Part shown: positions 13,501-26,058 of the stretch, piece after piece
Position numbering within the stretch: the stretch's first letter is position 1
Layout of the letters: each line of letters begins with the position of its first letter
The notes under the pieces: model-generated
What the model was told of the DNA's origin: nothing
What the model saw: only the letters and a program-made list of their open reading frames with translations
Database searches by the model: none
Position numbers and translations under genes: made by a program
DNA from: Tubulanus polymorphus
Taxonomy: Eukaryota > Animalia > Nemertea
Direction of reading: 5' to 3'
Assembly (NCBI RefSeq): GCF_964204645.1
Contig: NC_134028.1
Span: 18,545,653 to 18,609,652 of the forward strand
DNA length: 64,000 bases

Positions 13501-14441
13501 GGGTTGATGATTTACTTATAGGGTCTACTAAAGAACCCTTATGCTCTGATGAGAAAGAAGGTCTTAAAAGAAGGTTCAAAATAAAGACTTAGGTTTATTG
13601 AATTATTTCCTAGGTATGGAATTTGTACAAAATGATAATGAGATTACAATGTCTCAGAAGCAATATGTATCAAAGTTGATTGAAAAATTTGGGATGTCGG
13701 ATTCAAAACCTAGAAGTACCCCAAGTGAGTCAAAGTTTATATCTGTCTCAGATAAAGAGGTTGATGAAACATTGTATCGTGAAATTGTTGGAAGCTTAGT
13801 ATATGTTATGATATGTACTAGACCAGATATCAGTTGGACCATAACAAAATTGTCACAGTTCTTGTCAAAACCAACACATGATAATTTTGTAGCAGCTAAG
13901 CATGTACTTAAATTTCTCAAAGGTACAATCGATTATGCTTAGAAGTTTAAGAAATGTGAAGATGGTTTACAAATAGTGGGCTATAGGCGATGCTGACTGG
14001 GCATCGTCGTTAGAAGACAGACGAAGCAAAACAGGATATTGTTTTGGTCTTAGTCAGACAGGCCCTCTTATTTCATGGAAATCACGTAAACAGCCTACTA
14101 CAGCATTATCTTCATGTGAAGCCGAATATATGGCTATAGCAGCGGCTGTTCAAGAAAGTTTGTATTTGATTCAGCTCATGAAAAGCTTTGATTATAAATG
14201 TAATTATGATTCATGTACTGTTTATGAAGACAACCAGGGTACAATAGCATTGTGTAAAAATCCTGTAGATCATAAGCGATCTAAGCATATTGACATTAGG
14301 TACCACTTTATTCGTGAAAAGTTGGCCAGTGGAGAAGTTGATATAGTATATTGTCCCACGGATTGTATGGTTGCAGATATACTTACAAAGCCAGCTACAA
14401 AGTGTAAATTGAGCAAGTTTAAAAACTTCACGTTCGGGTAA
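10567..14441 (+). pseudogene. Copia-1 gag-pol polyprotein, many stops and frameshifts
   Basis: CFRCNKTGHKAVNC knuckle, SGATSH protease, WH..LGH/C..C and GKM integrase, KARYVAKGYSQ, QMDVKxAFL, VWVDD RT, YEDNQG..KHIDIRYHF..ADILTK RNase H. Confidence 0.95.
10591..10604 (+). promoter_or_regulatory. Copia-type PBS (internal half of initiator tRNA-Met)
   Basis: GGTTATGGGCCCAG immediately after the LTR, the same motif as the Drosophila copia PBS. Confidence 0.9.
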
Positions 14442-14587
14442 ATCCTATTAAGTATCGTTTACTATCCAGTGTATGTTTTTCTAGAATCAGCTGATAATAT
14501 CGCAGTGTTTTGAAATTTTTTCAGTGTGTCAATGTTATTTGTATATAGCCTATGTTATTATTGAAAGAAGATAAGATCAAGTGGGGG

Positions 14588-14889
14588 TGTTAGAATTTAT
14601 TTAATTATATTGCTATTGTGATCTAACTTCTTTCATGTCTCTGTATCTAGCTGCCACCTGTTGGTAATTATGTGAACTTGTCAGACTATCCTTAATATAC
14701 TGACATTACTATATATGGTATTGCAGCACGTCACTGCACCATAATGAATATTCATGAGATGATGATATTTCTGTATTTGGAGAAATAAAGATTAGTTCTT
14801 TTTGAACATCCTTGTTGCTGTTGTGTCTCTGGTTTTGGTCTATCCACCATCAAGATCCACCATGGACGCCTCGCAAGGAAGGTTTAACA
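14588..14889 (+). repeat. 3' LTR of Copia-1
   Basis: Direct repeat of 10278-10590, followed by the TSD GGAGA. Confidence 0.95.
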
Positions 14890-16569
14890 GGAGATGCTGA
14901 TGGCGATGTACAGTAAGTTTACTTATAGAATACCATTACAGGAAGGAACGGACATGGTTCAATTTTGATACACTGTTATTATTTTCAGTCGACATCGCTG
15001 AAAAGAAAAACTTGTTAGACGCCGAAGAAAGATGGATCAGATTCAACAAAGTTTTTAAGTTATACTAACAGTCACTTTTCAATGTAGCAACTTACTGTAT
15101 GAGATACATTGCAAAACGAACATATTTCAGTATGCGGACGTGTGAATGCAATGAAAAATTCCGGCGATTTAATCGGTATGGCAGTTGAATTGTTTTGAGT
15201 TCATTTGCCTTTAAACTCGTTCTATTTGAACTCGTTCTAGCTTTATGTTTTGTTCTACTTGGAAGTTAGTGCTTGTTCAATTGTTTTTCTCTTTGTGAAT
15301 TATCCACTCATGTTCCACTGTAGAAATCGACGAAGAGTACTTTTTTAATTTTTCACGAGAGGCACCAATAAACACGGAATCGACGCCGATGAAAATACGC
15401 AAAACGACATCCAAAACGAAAGGCAAAAAACGCAAGGGCAAAGTAAGTATTAGCCTAATTATTTGATCTTCTATTGTGAAAAATCTTTTGAAAACGCTAC
15501 TTTTCTTCAGCGCAAGCAACACGCCTGCCCGGTTTGTTCAAAAATGATAACGCAAATGCCGGAGCATTTGCGAAATAAACATGAATGGAGCAGGGAAAAT
15601 ACACGCAACTGGCAACGTTTAGAAGGCTCGTCAGGAATGGCCCCTCGTTCCAATCTGCGCGGAAAATATCGGCAGTTAAAACAGTGCGCGCAGTGTCGGT
15701 TGTTTTTGTTGGCTGGGCGAGCATATCCGGTGCATGCCAGGTCAGTGATAGAAAGTTTTGACGATCTTTGCAAGTGCATTTAGGCGATGAAATGAAATGT
15801 TTTTCTCTTTTTTGCTTAGTCGACCCTGATGACAATAAATCGACAAAGGAACCGAAAAATGACGTCGACAAAAAGCATGATTCAGATCCGCTGCCGACGG
15901 ATTCAGATTCCGATCCTGTTTCATCTGTGAATGTTAGCTACAGCAGCGGCGGCGGCGGCAGCAGCAGACTAGCGAATCGGATGAAGTTCCCGTTGTGCTG
16001 TTGGAAAGTAAGTCCCTACTTATTTTTTCTCATATTTTGTGTGAGCTGCATTAGGTGTTCGTTGTTTTCCTTGCAGAGTTTCAGGGAGACTATCGCGAAT
16101 GGCTGAAGCAAGTTTCAACAGACGAGAAACCGGTCACTGGATATATTCGAGACTCTATGAATTATCTTAAGTTTGCTAAAGGCAAAGTGAATGCAAACAG
16201 CGCATCCTTGTGGATTTCACAAGAAATGGAAACGAAACAGCCGGGAAAGATTCGGAGTTATATGTACACACTTCGAAAGAAACTTATAGAATTTATGTGA
16301 GATCTGAGTATTATTACAATATCAACATTAACAATGTTTCAACTGAACACATTGATGATTGTGACTTTTAGTTTGGACTAGAAGATTGCGGCTGCTCCGA
16401 AGAAATCCTAACCAGATTAGAACGTCGGCTGGTTAGGTTGGCGGAGGTCAATGAACAGGTCCACAAAGAACGATTCCATGAGGTCCATGAACTCCAGAAA
16501 GGTGGGTATTATTATTTGTAACCCTTTTGCACAAATATCGACATCTGTTTATATTCTGTTTTCATGAAG

Positions 16570-17333
16570 CGCGACTCCTGAAACTAATGATATAAAGCAG
16601 ATTTTGAGTTCTGACATGTCCATCGAAGCTGTTCAACTCCTCAAGAACCCTCATGTAGATTTTACCCCGGAAGGTTTTCGCTTAGTGCGAAACTTTCTGC
16701 TCTTTGTCGTCACAGCTCTGGGTGCGAACCGACCCTCGCTGACAATAGGGATCACCCTGAACCATTTATTGCAGGCGAAACACGACGATAAGCGTGATCT
16801 GTACAGCATCAATGTATTTTGAACTATTTATTCATTGAAGAGAGTTCCAAAAATACATGTAAAACTTTTTCAGGTTGTCAGACACAAAACAACTGCTACA
16901 TACGGGGCCGAATTCATCCATCTAGAAGGAACACCGTATCGCATGCTACTTCTATTTGCCAAGTGCCTCTATGAAAGAACCGCTGATAAAACAATGTGCC
17001 GCACAAACAAGGGAGTGGAACTCAACGCCACATATCTCAACAAGTAAGATAAATATACATTTTATTAACAAATTCAATGGAAAATATTTAATGTTTTCTT
17101 TTCTTAGACCGTTAGCCAGCTACCTCAGTTGCACCATCGAAAAAAAAAGCATTACGCCTACTTCAATACGTAAGAGTATCATGACAGCTATGTGCAATAC
17201 TGACGGTGCTACGCGAACCAAGCTAAGTCGATATATGTTACATCGCCCTCAAACCGCAGAAAGATTCTACAACCTGGAGGAGGGACATCTACACACAATG
17301 GACGTTGCGCGTGATTTAAGGAGAACATTTGGA
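16570..17333 (+). CDS. Tyrosine recombinase catalytic domain (exons ~16570-16813, 16874-17043, 17108-17333)
   Basis: In-frame splicing gives RNFL..GANRP (R), VVRHKT..YG (K), TPTSIRK (second R), MLHRPQTAERFY (H and nucleophile Y), in the phage-integrase-family order. Confidence 0.85.
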
Positions 17334-18127
17334 GTATGTATATCGACTCAATACAACTTGCATTTAAAGGTTCCGGCAAGCATGACATTTCACTTTTTTC
17401 TGTAGTTGGACTGTGGCGTTTTGGAAACGTAACGAAGAGGCAGCGCCATGGAATCGGCGGGCAAAGCCTCCAGCGAGCCCGCAGCGGTAAGTGACTTCTC
17501 ATTCGATCAATGACAGCTTTCTATTCACAGCAGCTGCTTCAATCGTCAATGTTTATCCTCTTTTTCAGACGGTTACGAACGAAGAAAAGTGTCTGACAGA
17601 ATCAAAGGGCGATGAACCAAACCAATCAAGCTCGAGCGAAGAAACAGAATTGGACAAGGGAGCATTATATTTGCCATCCCCCCGAAGAAAAAAACAAGGG
17701 TAAGTGTGTCGCACAGGAGGTGTTATCATTGATGAAATGGAAAATCATACTCATTCAACTTCTTTTTCAGTCAGGGCCAGTAAAGCGACAAAAATAAACT
17801 GCAATTGAGCAGAGAGTGATTCGCCGCACATTCCACGAATATCGTTCGACAGAAGAAATCAGGGCTGTTACAAAAAAAGAATGGTTTGATTAATAAAATT
17901 GTTGCCAAATATCTAAATGGGGTTGAAAAAATGCGCCAATTTCTGAGAAATCTTTGAAATTTTTGTACATGGACATGAAATAAACATGATTTTGCTGATT
18001 TGAAAAGAATATTTTTTGTTTGTCATAAACTTTGAGTCACACTACCAGTTTCTGCTTTCAATGACTAGGATCCTTCTCACTGTGGAATCGTAACAGTAGG
18101 CAGCATTAAAAAGCTTAATTCTTCTTA

Positions 18128-18912
18128 ATTCGAACCCAAATCTCTAGGGTTAGTGCTGTCTTCTAACCCGGTTGGCCTTGGTGCACGGTTGACTTAAATG
18201 AATATCGGGATTCGAACCCTAATCTCTAGGGTTAGTGCTGTCTTCTAACCGCTTGGCCTTGGAGCACGGTTGACTTGACCGTTTTTCCAGCGTAGTTCTT
18301 AGACGATCGTGACAACGTTTTGAAAGCAGTAGCTTCTAGCTACTAGGGTATTGAGCACCAAATAGCTCTCACTTATCCTACGCCCATACCCCCAGTGTCA
18401 CCTAGAAATGGTGTTAAATACCCCTCAAAAGTGAACCGAGACGTTAGAGCTGTCTTCTAACCCTTGGCCTTGGTGCACGGTTAATTTCGGGATTCGAACC
18501 CACATATCTAGGGTTAACTCTGTATTCTAACGAGTTGGCCTTGGGGCACGGTTGACTTTGTCATTTTTCACCGAGTTCTTCGCTGGCAAGAAATCGGTTT
18601 TAATACCCCCTTAAGTGATCAGGCGTTAGGGCTAAGCACGCGTAAGAGTCATTGGTCTTGGCGCATAGTTGACTTTGTCGTTTTTCGAAGAGTTCTCCGA
18701 CGCCGAAGGTAGGTTTTCAAAGTCCGCCCTTAAGGAAACTAGAGTCTCGAGCACCAAATTACTATTACCTACCCGAAGCAGGCACCCCGACTATAGGCCG
18801 GAAACATATGGTTACGGTAGAAAGCCTAGAAATCGTTTTAAATACCCCTTGAAAGTGGACCAGAAACGTTTAGGGTTAGAGCTGTCTTCTAACCCTAAAC
18901 CTTGGTGCACAG
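18128..18912. repeat. Array of degenerate units containing the palindrome GGGTTAG(A/T)-GCTGTCT-TCTAACCC and TTGGCCTTGG.GCACGG
   Basis: Copies at 18147, 18229, 18443, 18511 and 18868, the last a perfect 13-7-13. A related unit lies at 26138-26200. Confidence 0.85.
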
Positions 18913-18988
18913 ATTTCTTTCGAAGGTTTTCGAGGGACCGAGCTTAAGCTTTATGGGTTTAGACTACCGAAACGTTATCGTTTACCGA

Positions 18989-19411
18989 TGTTCGAGGTTA
19001 TATAAGCTGTAGATTTGTATCGAGTATTGTACTGTGTTTGTGTGACTGAGAATCTATTATAATGTCACTTTGTAGGGTCTATGTAGAGTTCAGCTCAGTT
19101 TAGTATAAACATTCCTTCTCAACCAATCATGTTAACTGTTGAATTTTGAGATTATCTAAACCTCAGAAATGCTTAACACATTTTGTACTGAGATTTTATC
19201 ATGTGAGGACCTTCAGTTCAGAGTGCAAAATATTACGGTATGTTCAAACTAAAATTGATTTCCATTGTTTATTTGAATCTGAATTTACTATAAGTGTTAT
19301 ATTTGAAGTCTAAAATTGTATAATTATTATGTTACAGTTAATCGTCAAAATCGTCATCGAAATAAAGAAGTAATTAAAGCAAGGACGCATCAATGTATAT
19401 TTTGGTGAAGA
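18989..19411 (+). repeat. 5' LTR of BEL-2 (3' end eroded)
   Basis: Matches 25622-26052. Confidence 0.9.
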
Positions 19412-19459
19412 AAGGCCCTTACATTTATTAACGTAATATGGCATCGAAAGAAGATTGGC

Positions 19460-22400
19460 TTGGAACGGAAAGTCAAAATACCAGCACACGAGGTAAAACG
19501 TACACAGAAGTTGGACTTAGTTATCCAAAAGAAGTTAAAAGAAGTTAATCCATTATCAAGATCGCTGCAAAGAAATCATGATGCTTTGCAAAGTTTGGTA
19601 TCTGGAGAAAGCAGTAATTATTCTAAAGCCCAGACTTCATATTGTTTATGGGCTAATGAGTATGACCTCTATCTCAGAACGAAAGAACAGTACTGCAGTC
19701 TGCTCACGAAAGAAGAAAAACGCGATTACTCAATGGAAACCATGGAATGTGATAAAAAATTACGGCAGATGAAATCGTCAGTTGAACATGATTTGGTTGA
19801 AATGTCGTCGGAGGCTATGCTAATGAGGCCTCAGGACTCTGCATCGCAGCGGTGCCAGTCTCACTCAGCGACATCACGATCAACTCATCGTTCATCAATA
19901 AGTATAATGTCAGCTAAGTTAAAAGAAGAACAAAGAAAAGCTGAATTAAGTGTTCTTTTGAATAGTATGAAGAAGAAGCAAGACCTTCGAAGGAAGCAGC
20001 TCGAATTTCGACAATTAGAAGAGACACTAGATTGCGAGACTCAGATGGAGATTTCTGAGGCAAAAGGTCCAGCTAATGATATGATAGACGGGATATCAGA
20101 ATGCGAATCATCAACTAAAAAAGAGAAAACTTTGCAGGTTGTTAATTTCCCTGTGGATCCACCGCCGCTGAATCCACAGGTACCAGAATTCATTCCATAT
20201 CAGCCTCTGCGTCAGCCTCCAGTTACCAGCCATGATTCTTCTACTGCTGAACTCGAGACCATCGTCAAGCATATCAAAAGACCAGCGATAGAAATTAGGA
20301 AATTTGACGGGAATCTTTTGGAATTTCAAAAATTCAAACGGCAATTCTTATCCGGTATTGTTGCGAACACAGATCGCGACTACGAACGCTTGAATTACTT
20401 TGATCAGTACACAACAGGAGCAGCCAACAAGATAGTTTCTGGCTTGAGTTACTTGGAGCCATCCCGAGCATACGAGGTGGCATTACTTGAGTTTGAAGAA
20501 AGATATGGTGGGCCTAAAATTATTGCGAACGCTTTCATCAATAAAGCTGTCAACTGGCCCAATATAAAATATGACAACTGCAAGGGTCTTGATGAATTCT
20601 CGTTGTTTCTGATGGAGGTTCATAATGCGGTAAAATACATCCAAGCTCTGAAACTATTAGACTATCCTGAAAATCTTCGTAAACTGATCTGTAAATTACC
20701 GCAAAATTTACAAGAAAGGTGGCGCTCTGTTGTGCAATCTACAAAATCAACTGGTAATGCAGTTTCATTAACGACGCTGGTAGACTTCGTTCGAATAGAA
20801 TCGAAGAAAGTGAACGACCCTACCTTTGGGCGAGATATGATGCGTTTTTATGATGAAAGAAATACGTTGAAGCCCCAGAGAGCCGCAAGAAGAGGCTTCA
20901 CCGCGGCTATTGTTTCTAGCAGCTGTAGAGAACATTGTGTCTACTGTAAAAATGATCATATGACAAAAGACTGCAAATCAATGATGAAAATCCCATATAG
21001 AGACAGAGTGGAAATACTTTTGAAGAATGGTTTGTGTTGGGGTTGCCTAAAAACCGGGCACCAACTCTATCTGTCATGATAAATTGTTATGCCAGATACG
21101 TAAACGACTCCACCCAACAGTCATGATGAGAACCGGAGTTTCCTGCGTAATCGTGAGCAATCTGACCAATCAAAATTGTCTACAGATGCAATGCTGTAAA
21201 TAGCTCAGAAAATGATAATGGAACCTGGAGGAAAGATTACTCATCAGCTACTAAAGCTAAAGACCGGTTTGGTTTCTGTACTATGGCAGTAATACCTGTG
21301 AGAGTAAGATTGAAAGGAACATGTAACGATGTACTGACATATGCATCTCTAGATCCTGGGAGCAGTGTGTCCTTTTGAGTCTCTGATGACAAGGCTCAAA
21401 GTTAGTGGCAAAAGGGTTAAATTAGATCTTCAAACTATGAACCAATCTGGCCCGATAGATACGCAAATGTTGAATGGTCTAGAGATTACGAGTATGGATG
21501 AGAGTAGTCCAGTTTCATTACCAGTTGTGTACTCAACCGAATCGATGCCTATAACAAAATAGCTCATTCCAACTCAGAGTGACATAAGCAAATGGTCTCA
21601 GTTAAATGATGTAAAATTACCTCCAATGATGGATACAGATGTTGGACTTTTGTTGGGCAATGGAGTTCCTGATGCATACTCACCACTCGATGCCAGAACT
21701 GGGCCGAAAGGCACTCCGTATGCAGCGTTGACAAGATTTGGATGGGTTGTGTGGAGTTTAGTAAGACTCCAATGTGAAGAGAAAGCTACAGATAAAGTGA
21801 AACTGATGAATATGGTTATTTCCGACCGAGACGAACTTCAAAATTTGGATCGGTTAGTCTGTGGAGCTGTTAAATTGGACTTTCCCGAGTGTACGTCTGA
21901 AGAAAAACATCATTGGTCTGTTGAAGATAAAACATTCATGATGAAGATGGATGCATCTTTTATAAACTAGGGGTCCAGGGACACCATGCCCACTTGGGAA
22001 GTGGTTCCAAATGCTCAACAATCTAACAATTTCAATATTCAACGCCCCCCTGGTGACCATAAACAAAAACCAATGACCTTGAAACTCACCACAATCATAG
22101 AACATGTCAGCAGCTATGATTTTGTAATTGATTGTGATAACAAAATATGCCTCGTTACCAATTTAATATGGAAATACTAAATTACTGTATTATTCAACAC
22201 CCCCTGGTGACCATATTCAAAACCCAATGACCTTGAAACTCACCACAATCATAGAACATGTCATGAACTACAACTTTGCAATTGATCATGGTAACAAAAT
22301 ATGCCTAGGTACCAATATAATAAGTAAATACTGATGAATTCTACTATTCAACGCCCCCTGGTGACCACATAGAATAACTAATGCCCTAAAAACTCTCCAC

Positions 22401-25400
22401 AATAATAGATGATGTCATGAGCTACAACTTTCCAATTGATTGTGGTTACAAAATATGCATAGGTACGAATATAATATAGAAATGCTAAGATATTGTATTA
22501 TTCAACGCCCCCTGGTGGCCATATACAAAATCCAATGACCTTGAAACACTCAACAATCATAGAACACGTTATGAGCTACTACTTTCTAATTGATTGTGGT
22601 GACAAAATACGCTTAGGTATCAATATAATGTGGAAAAACTTTTTCCCACTTACGAATGAGTACTGGTGACACCAAGATGGCCGCCAATTGCGTCATAACT
22701 GGTTGATGAAAAATACCTGTATAAAACATCCCTTTCCAAAGAATACCCATCACAAATTGCAATGAGAAATGGCAAACTAGTAGGAAGCTACAGGACTCAG
22801 AAGTCGGGCCAAAATTAACATTTTTGGGCACTAAAAAGATTATAGGACAGCCATCTTGAGTCCGATCGGCCGAATTTTTGTTAAGCTGATGGGTCCTGGG
22901 GGGATTCACATATATCCGTAAGATCATGGTAATTGATCAAAGCATCTTCAAAATTTCCCTCAAAAAGTTCAAAAATGTGTAAAAAGTGCTGATTTTGGCG
23001 AACAACAATGGCTGCCAGTCGGCCATCTTGATTCTGACAGGGCCAGTTTTTGGGCTGAAGATGTGTCTAGGGTAGATACATGTGTAACCCAAATATCAAG
23101 ACATTACCTCTAAGCGTCTTCAAAACTTCCCAAAATAACTGGATTCCGTCTACGGACGGACGGACGGACGAAAAGTGAACGCAATAGCCCGCTGGGACTA
23201 AAGTTCCAAGTGGGCTAAAAAAGATAACGACTATCAGTTACCATTGCCTTGGCGAAATTCTGAAATTAAGCTGCCAAATGATATCCACCTTGTACAGAAA
23301 AGATTGTCAAGTTTGAAAATGAAGCTACAAAGAAATGAGAAATTTCGTTCTGACTACAATGACTTCATGGAAAACATTATCAACAAAAAATATGCTGAAC
23401 GAATCCCTCCGGAAGAAATTGAGAATTGCTGCAAACAAGTAAGGTACATTCCTCATCATGGTGTGTACCACCCTAAAAAACCAGAAAAGGTCAGGGTGGT
23501 TTTTGACTGTACAGCTTCATACAAAGGGATGTCATTAAATGACTTACTGTTACAGGGACCTGATCTAACGAACAACCTGGTTGGAGTCTTGATTCGTTTT
23601 CGTCAAGAAAGTATAGCATTTATGGGCGATGCAGAATCTATGTTCTACCAAGTATTGGTCGACCCATGTGATGTAGATTCATTGAGATTCCTTTGGTGGC
23701 CTGATGGAGATATCGCCAAAGACGCAGTTCCATACAGAATGCTAGTACATTTGTTGGCGCCATATCTTCCCCAAGCTGTTCTAATTGGGCGCTTCGAAGA
23801 ACGGCCACAGATAATGTCGATAAGTATGATTCTGAAGTCATAAACACCATCAATAAGAACGTCTATGTAGATGACTGTTTAAAATCGAGAAGAAATGATG
23901 GTACAAATGTAAGTTTCATTAAAGACCTGATATCTTTGTACGCTGATGGCGGATTCCGGTTGACAAAATTCATCAGTAATGAAGTATCTGTAATGAAAGG
24001 CTTACCAGAAAGTGAGCTAATCAAATCGTGTCAACAATAAGAAAAAAGCTTGGATTTTGGTTTACCCACAGAAAGAGTTCTCGGAGTTCATTGGAACTTG
24101 GTGCACGATAGCTTTTGTTTCAAGATCGTAATCAAGGATAAACCAAATACCAGAAGAGGAATATTGTACGATATGACCCTTTAGGATGGGCAGCGCCATA
24201 CGTCTTTCCTGCAAAGATACTTCTACAAGACTTATGTAGATTAAAAATTGGCTGGGATGAAGAGATACCGGAAGAATATCTGAATGTATGGTTAAATTGG
24301 AAGAAAGATGTGTCGAAACTGGAGAAGTTAAATGTCGCGAGATGCTACAAATCAGATGTATCAGATGAATTGAGATCGTGTCAGTTACACCATTTTTCTG
24401 ATGCATGCGAAGTTGGATATGGTTCAGCCTCATATCTTCGCATAGAAGATAAAGATGGAAAACTGAGTAATTCCCCTTAAAAAAACGTTAACCATACCAC
24501 GCTTGGAGTTAACTGCAGCAACGTTACTCATCAAAATCAACAAGATGGTCTTGAGTGAAATTGAATACCCAATTTCAGAGGTACACTTCTGGACTGATAG
24601 CACTGCTGTATTAAAGTTCATCATTAATGACACGGCCCGCTATAAAACTTTTGTAGCGAATTGAGTGAATACAATAAGAGAAGGCTCAGATGTCAAACAA
24701 TGGCATCATATCGATGGTAAACTTAACCCCGCTGACATGGCTTCGAGAGGATTATCTTTAAGAAAGATTGAACCAAACAGTGAAGTCTGGTTAAATGGTC
24801 CCTCTTTCCTGAGACATCCGGATTTCCATCTCACAGTGGAATCAGAATCGGATTCATGATTCTATGCTACAACATAGTGTTTAGTGGGAGTTTAATCCTC
24901 CCGGTGCCTCTCATTTTGGGGGTGTCTGGGAACGATTGATACATTCAATCCGGAAAGTTCTATACGCTTTATTAAAAGAACAAGGTTCACACCTTACCGA
25001 TGAGAACCTCAACACATTGTTTTGCGAGATTGAATATATATTGAATAGCCGTCCGATATCTCGCATGAGCTCCGATCCGAACGATTTAGATTCGTTAACT
25101 CCGATTCATTTGCTATTACTTCATCGTTCATCTAATTTTCCTCCGGGCGTATTTGATCATTCAGATACGTATGCGAAACGACGTTGGAAGCAGGTTCAAT
25201 ATCTGGCGGATATATTCTGGCGAAGATGGGTTGGTGAATATTTACATATGTTGCAGGAATGTATTTAATGGACCCAAAAACGACGGAACGTTAAAATCGG
25301 TGATATCGTTTTGATTGTCGACAGCGCCGTTAGAAGTTCGTGGTCGATGGTTAGAGTCGTAAACGTATGTTGCGATAAAAATGGTTTTGTCCATTCGGCG

Positions 25401-25475
25401 ACTATTGAAACAAGTTCGAATATAATTCGGCGACCAATCGACAAGTTATCTATGCTAATTGAATCCGACATTTAG
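19460..25475 (+). pseudogene. BEL/Pao gag-pol
   Basis: Gag KFDGN..CVYCKNDH..C..LCWGCLKTGH, RT YIPHHGVYHPKKPEKVRVVFD..LLQGPDL..YVDD, Pao RNase H TIPRLEL..FWTDS..NPADMASRG, integrase GGVWER..LNSRP..FWRRW. Confidence 0.93.
21965..23219 (-). mobile_element. Non-autonomous Helentron/HINE (DINE-1-like) insert with ~154-bp internal tandem repeats
   Basis: Inserted in an A-run with no TSD, and the BEL frame rejoins as ..FIKDNDYQLPLPW. Subterminal inverted motif GCCCACTTGG/CCAAGTGGGC, (GACG)n at 23152-23171, short terminal hairpin near 21970-21985, four core repeats at 22037, 22192, 22346 and 22500. Confidence 0.8.
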
Positions 25476-25621
25476 TTGCTTTATTATGTACGCAAAACAT
25501 CGTCTGCTCGCGCTGTATTGTGAGATATATTAAATTAAGAATTTTGAATTATTACTAGGGTTTACTGTAGTTTTGATTATATTGATTCAGTAATTGAATT
25601 TCCTCAATTAGGGGATGGGGT

Positions 25622-26058
25622 TGTTCGAGGTTATATAAGCTGTAGATTTGTATTGAGTACTGTACTGTGTTTGTGTGACTGAGAATCTATTATAGTGTCA
25701 CTTTGTAGGGTCTATGTAGAGTTCAACTCAGTTTAGTATAAGCATTTCTTCTCAACCAATCATGTTAACTGTTGAATTTTGAGATTATCTAAACCTCAGA
25801 AATGCTTAACACATTTTGTACTGAGATTTTATCATGTGAGGACCTTCAGTTCAGAGAGCAAAATATAACGGTATGTTCAAACTAAAATTGATTTTCATTG
25901 CTTATTTGAATCTGAATTTACTACTTAGTGTTAAGTGTTATATTCGAAGTCTAAAATTGTATAATTATTATGTTACAGTTAATCGTCAAAATCGTTATCG
26001 AAATAAAGAAGTAATTATAGCAAGGATGCATTAATGTATTTTTTGGTGAAGATTTACA
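25622..26058 (+). repeat. 3' LTR of BEL-2
   Basis: TGTTCGAGG...TTTACA, direct repeat of the sequence starting at 18989. Confidence 0.92.

Larger units (their letters stand above)
10278..14889 (+). mobile_element. Full-length Copia/Ty1 LTR retrotransposon, inactivated
   Basis: LTRs 10278-10590 and 14588-14889 (TG..CA), 5-bp TSD GGAGA (10273-10277, 14890-14894), PBS GGTTATGGGCCCAG, purine-rich tract before 14588, domain order gag-PR-IN-RT-RH. Confidence 0.97.
9614..17957 (+). pseudogene. Multi-exon gene for a C2H2/CCHH zinc-finger + tyrosine recombinase protein, disrupted
   Basis: A chain of short GT-AG introns joins exons reading RLDQHLKSVH..RVRE|MLMAMY (across the Copia), CPVCSKMITQMPEHLRNKH, PGKIRSYMYTLRK and the YR domain. 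The 3' exons contain stops. The 5' exon structure is tentative. Confidence 0.7.
18989..26058 (+). mobile_element. BEL/Pao LTR retrotransposon, decayed, with internal deletion
   Basis: ~430-bp LTRs at 18989-~19411 and 25622-26058. TSD ACCGA (18984-18988) / ACTGA (26059-26063), one mismatch. G-rich PPT before 25622. Confidence 0.93.
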
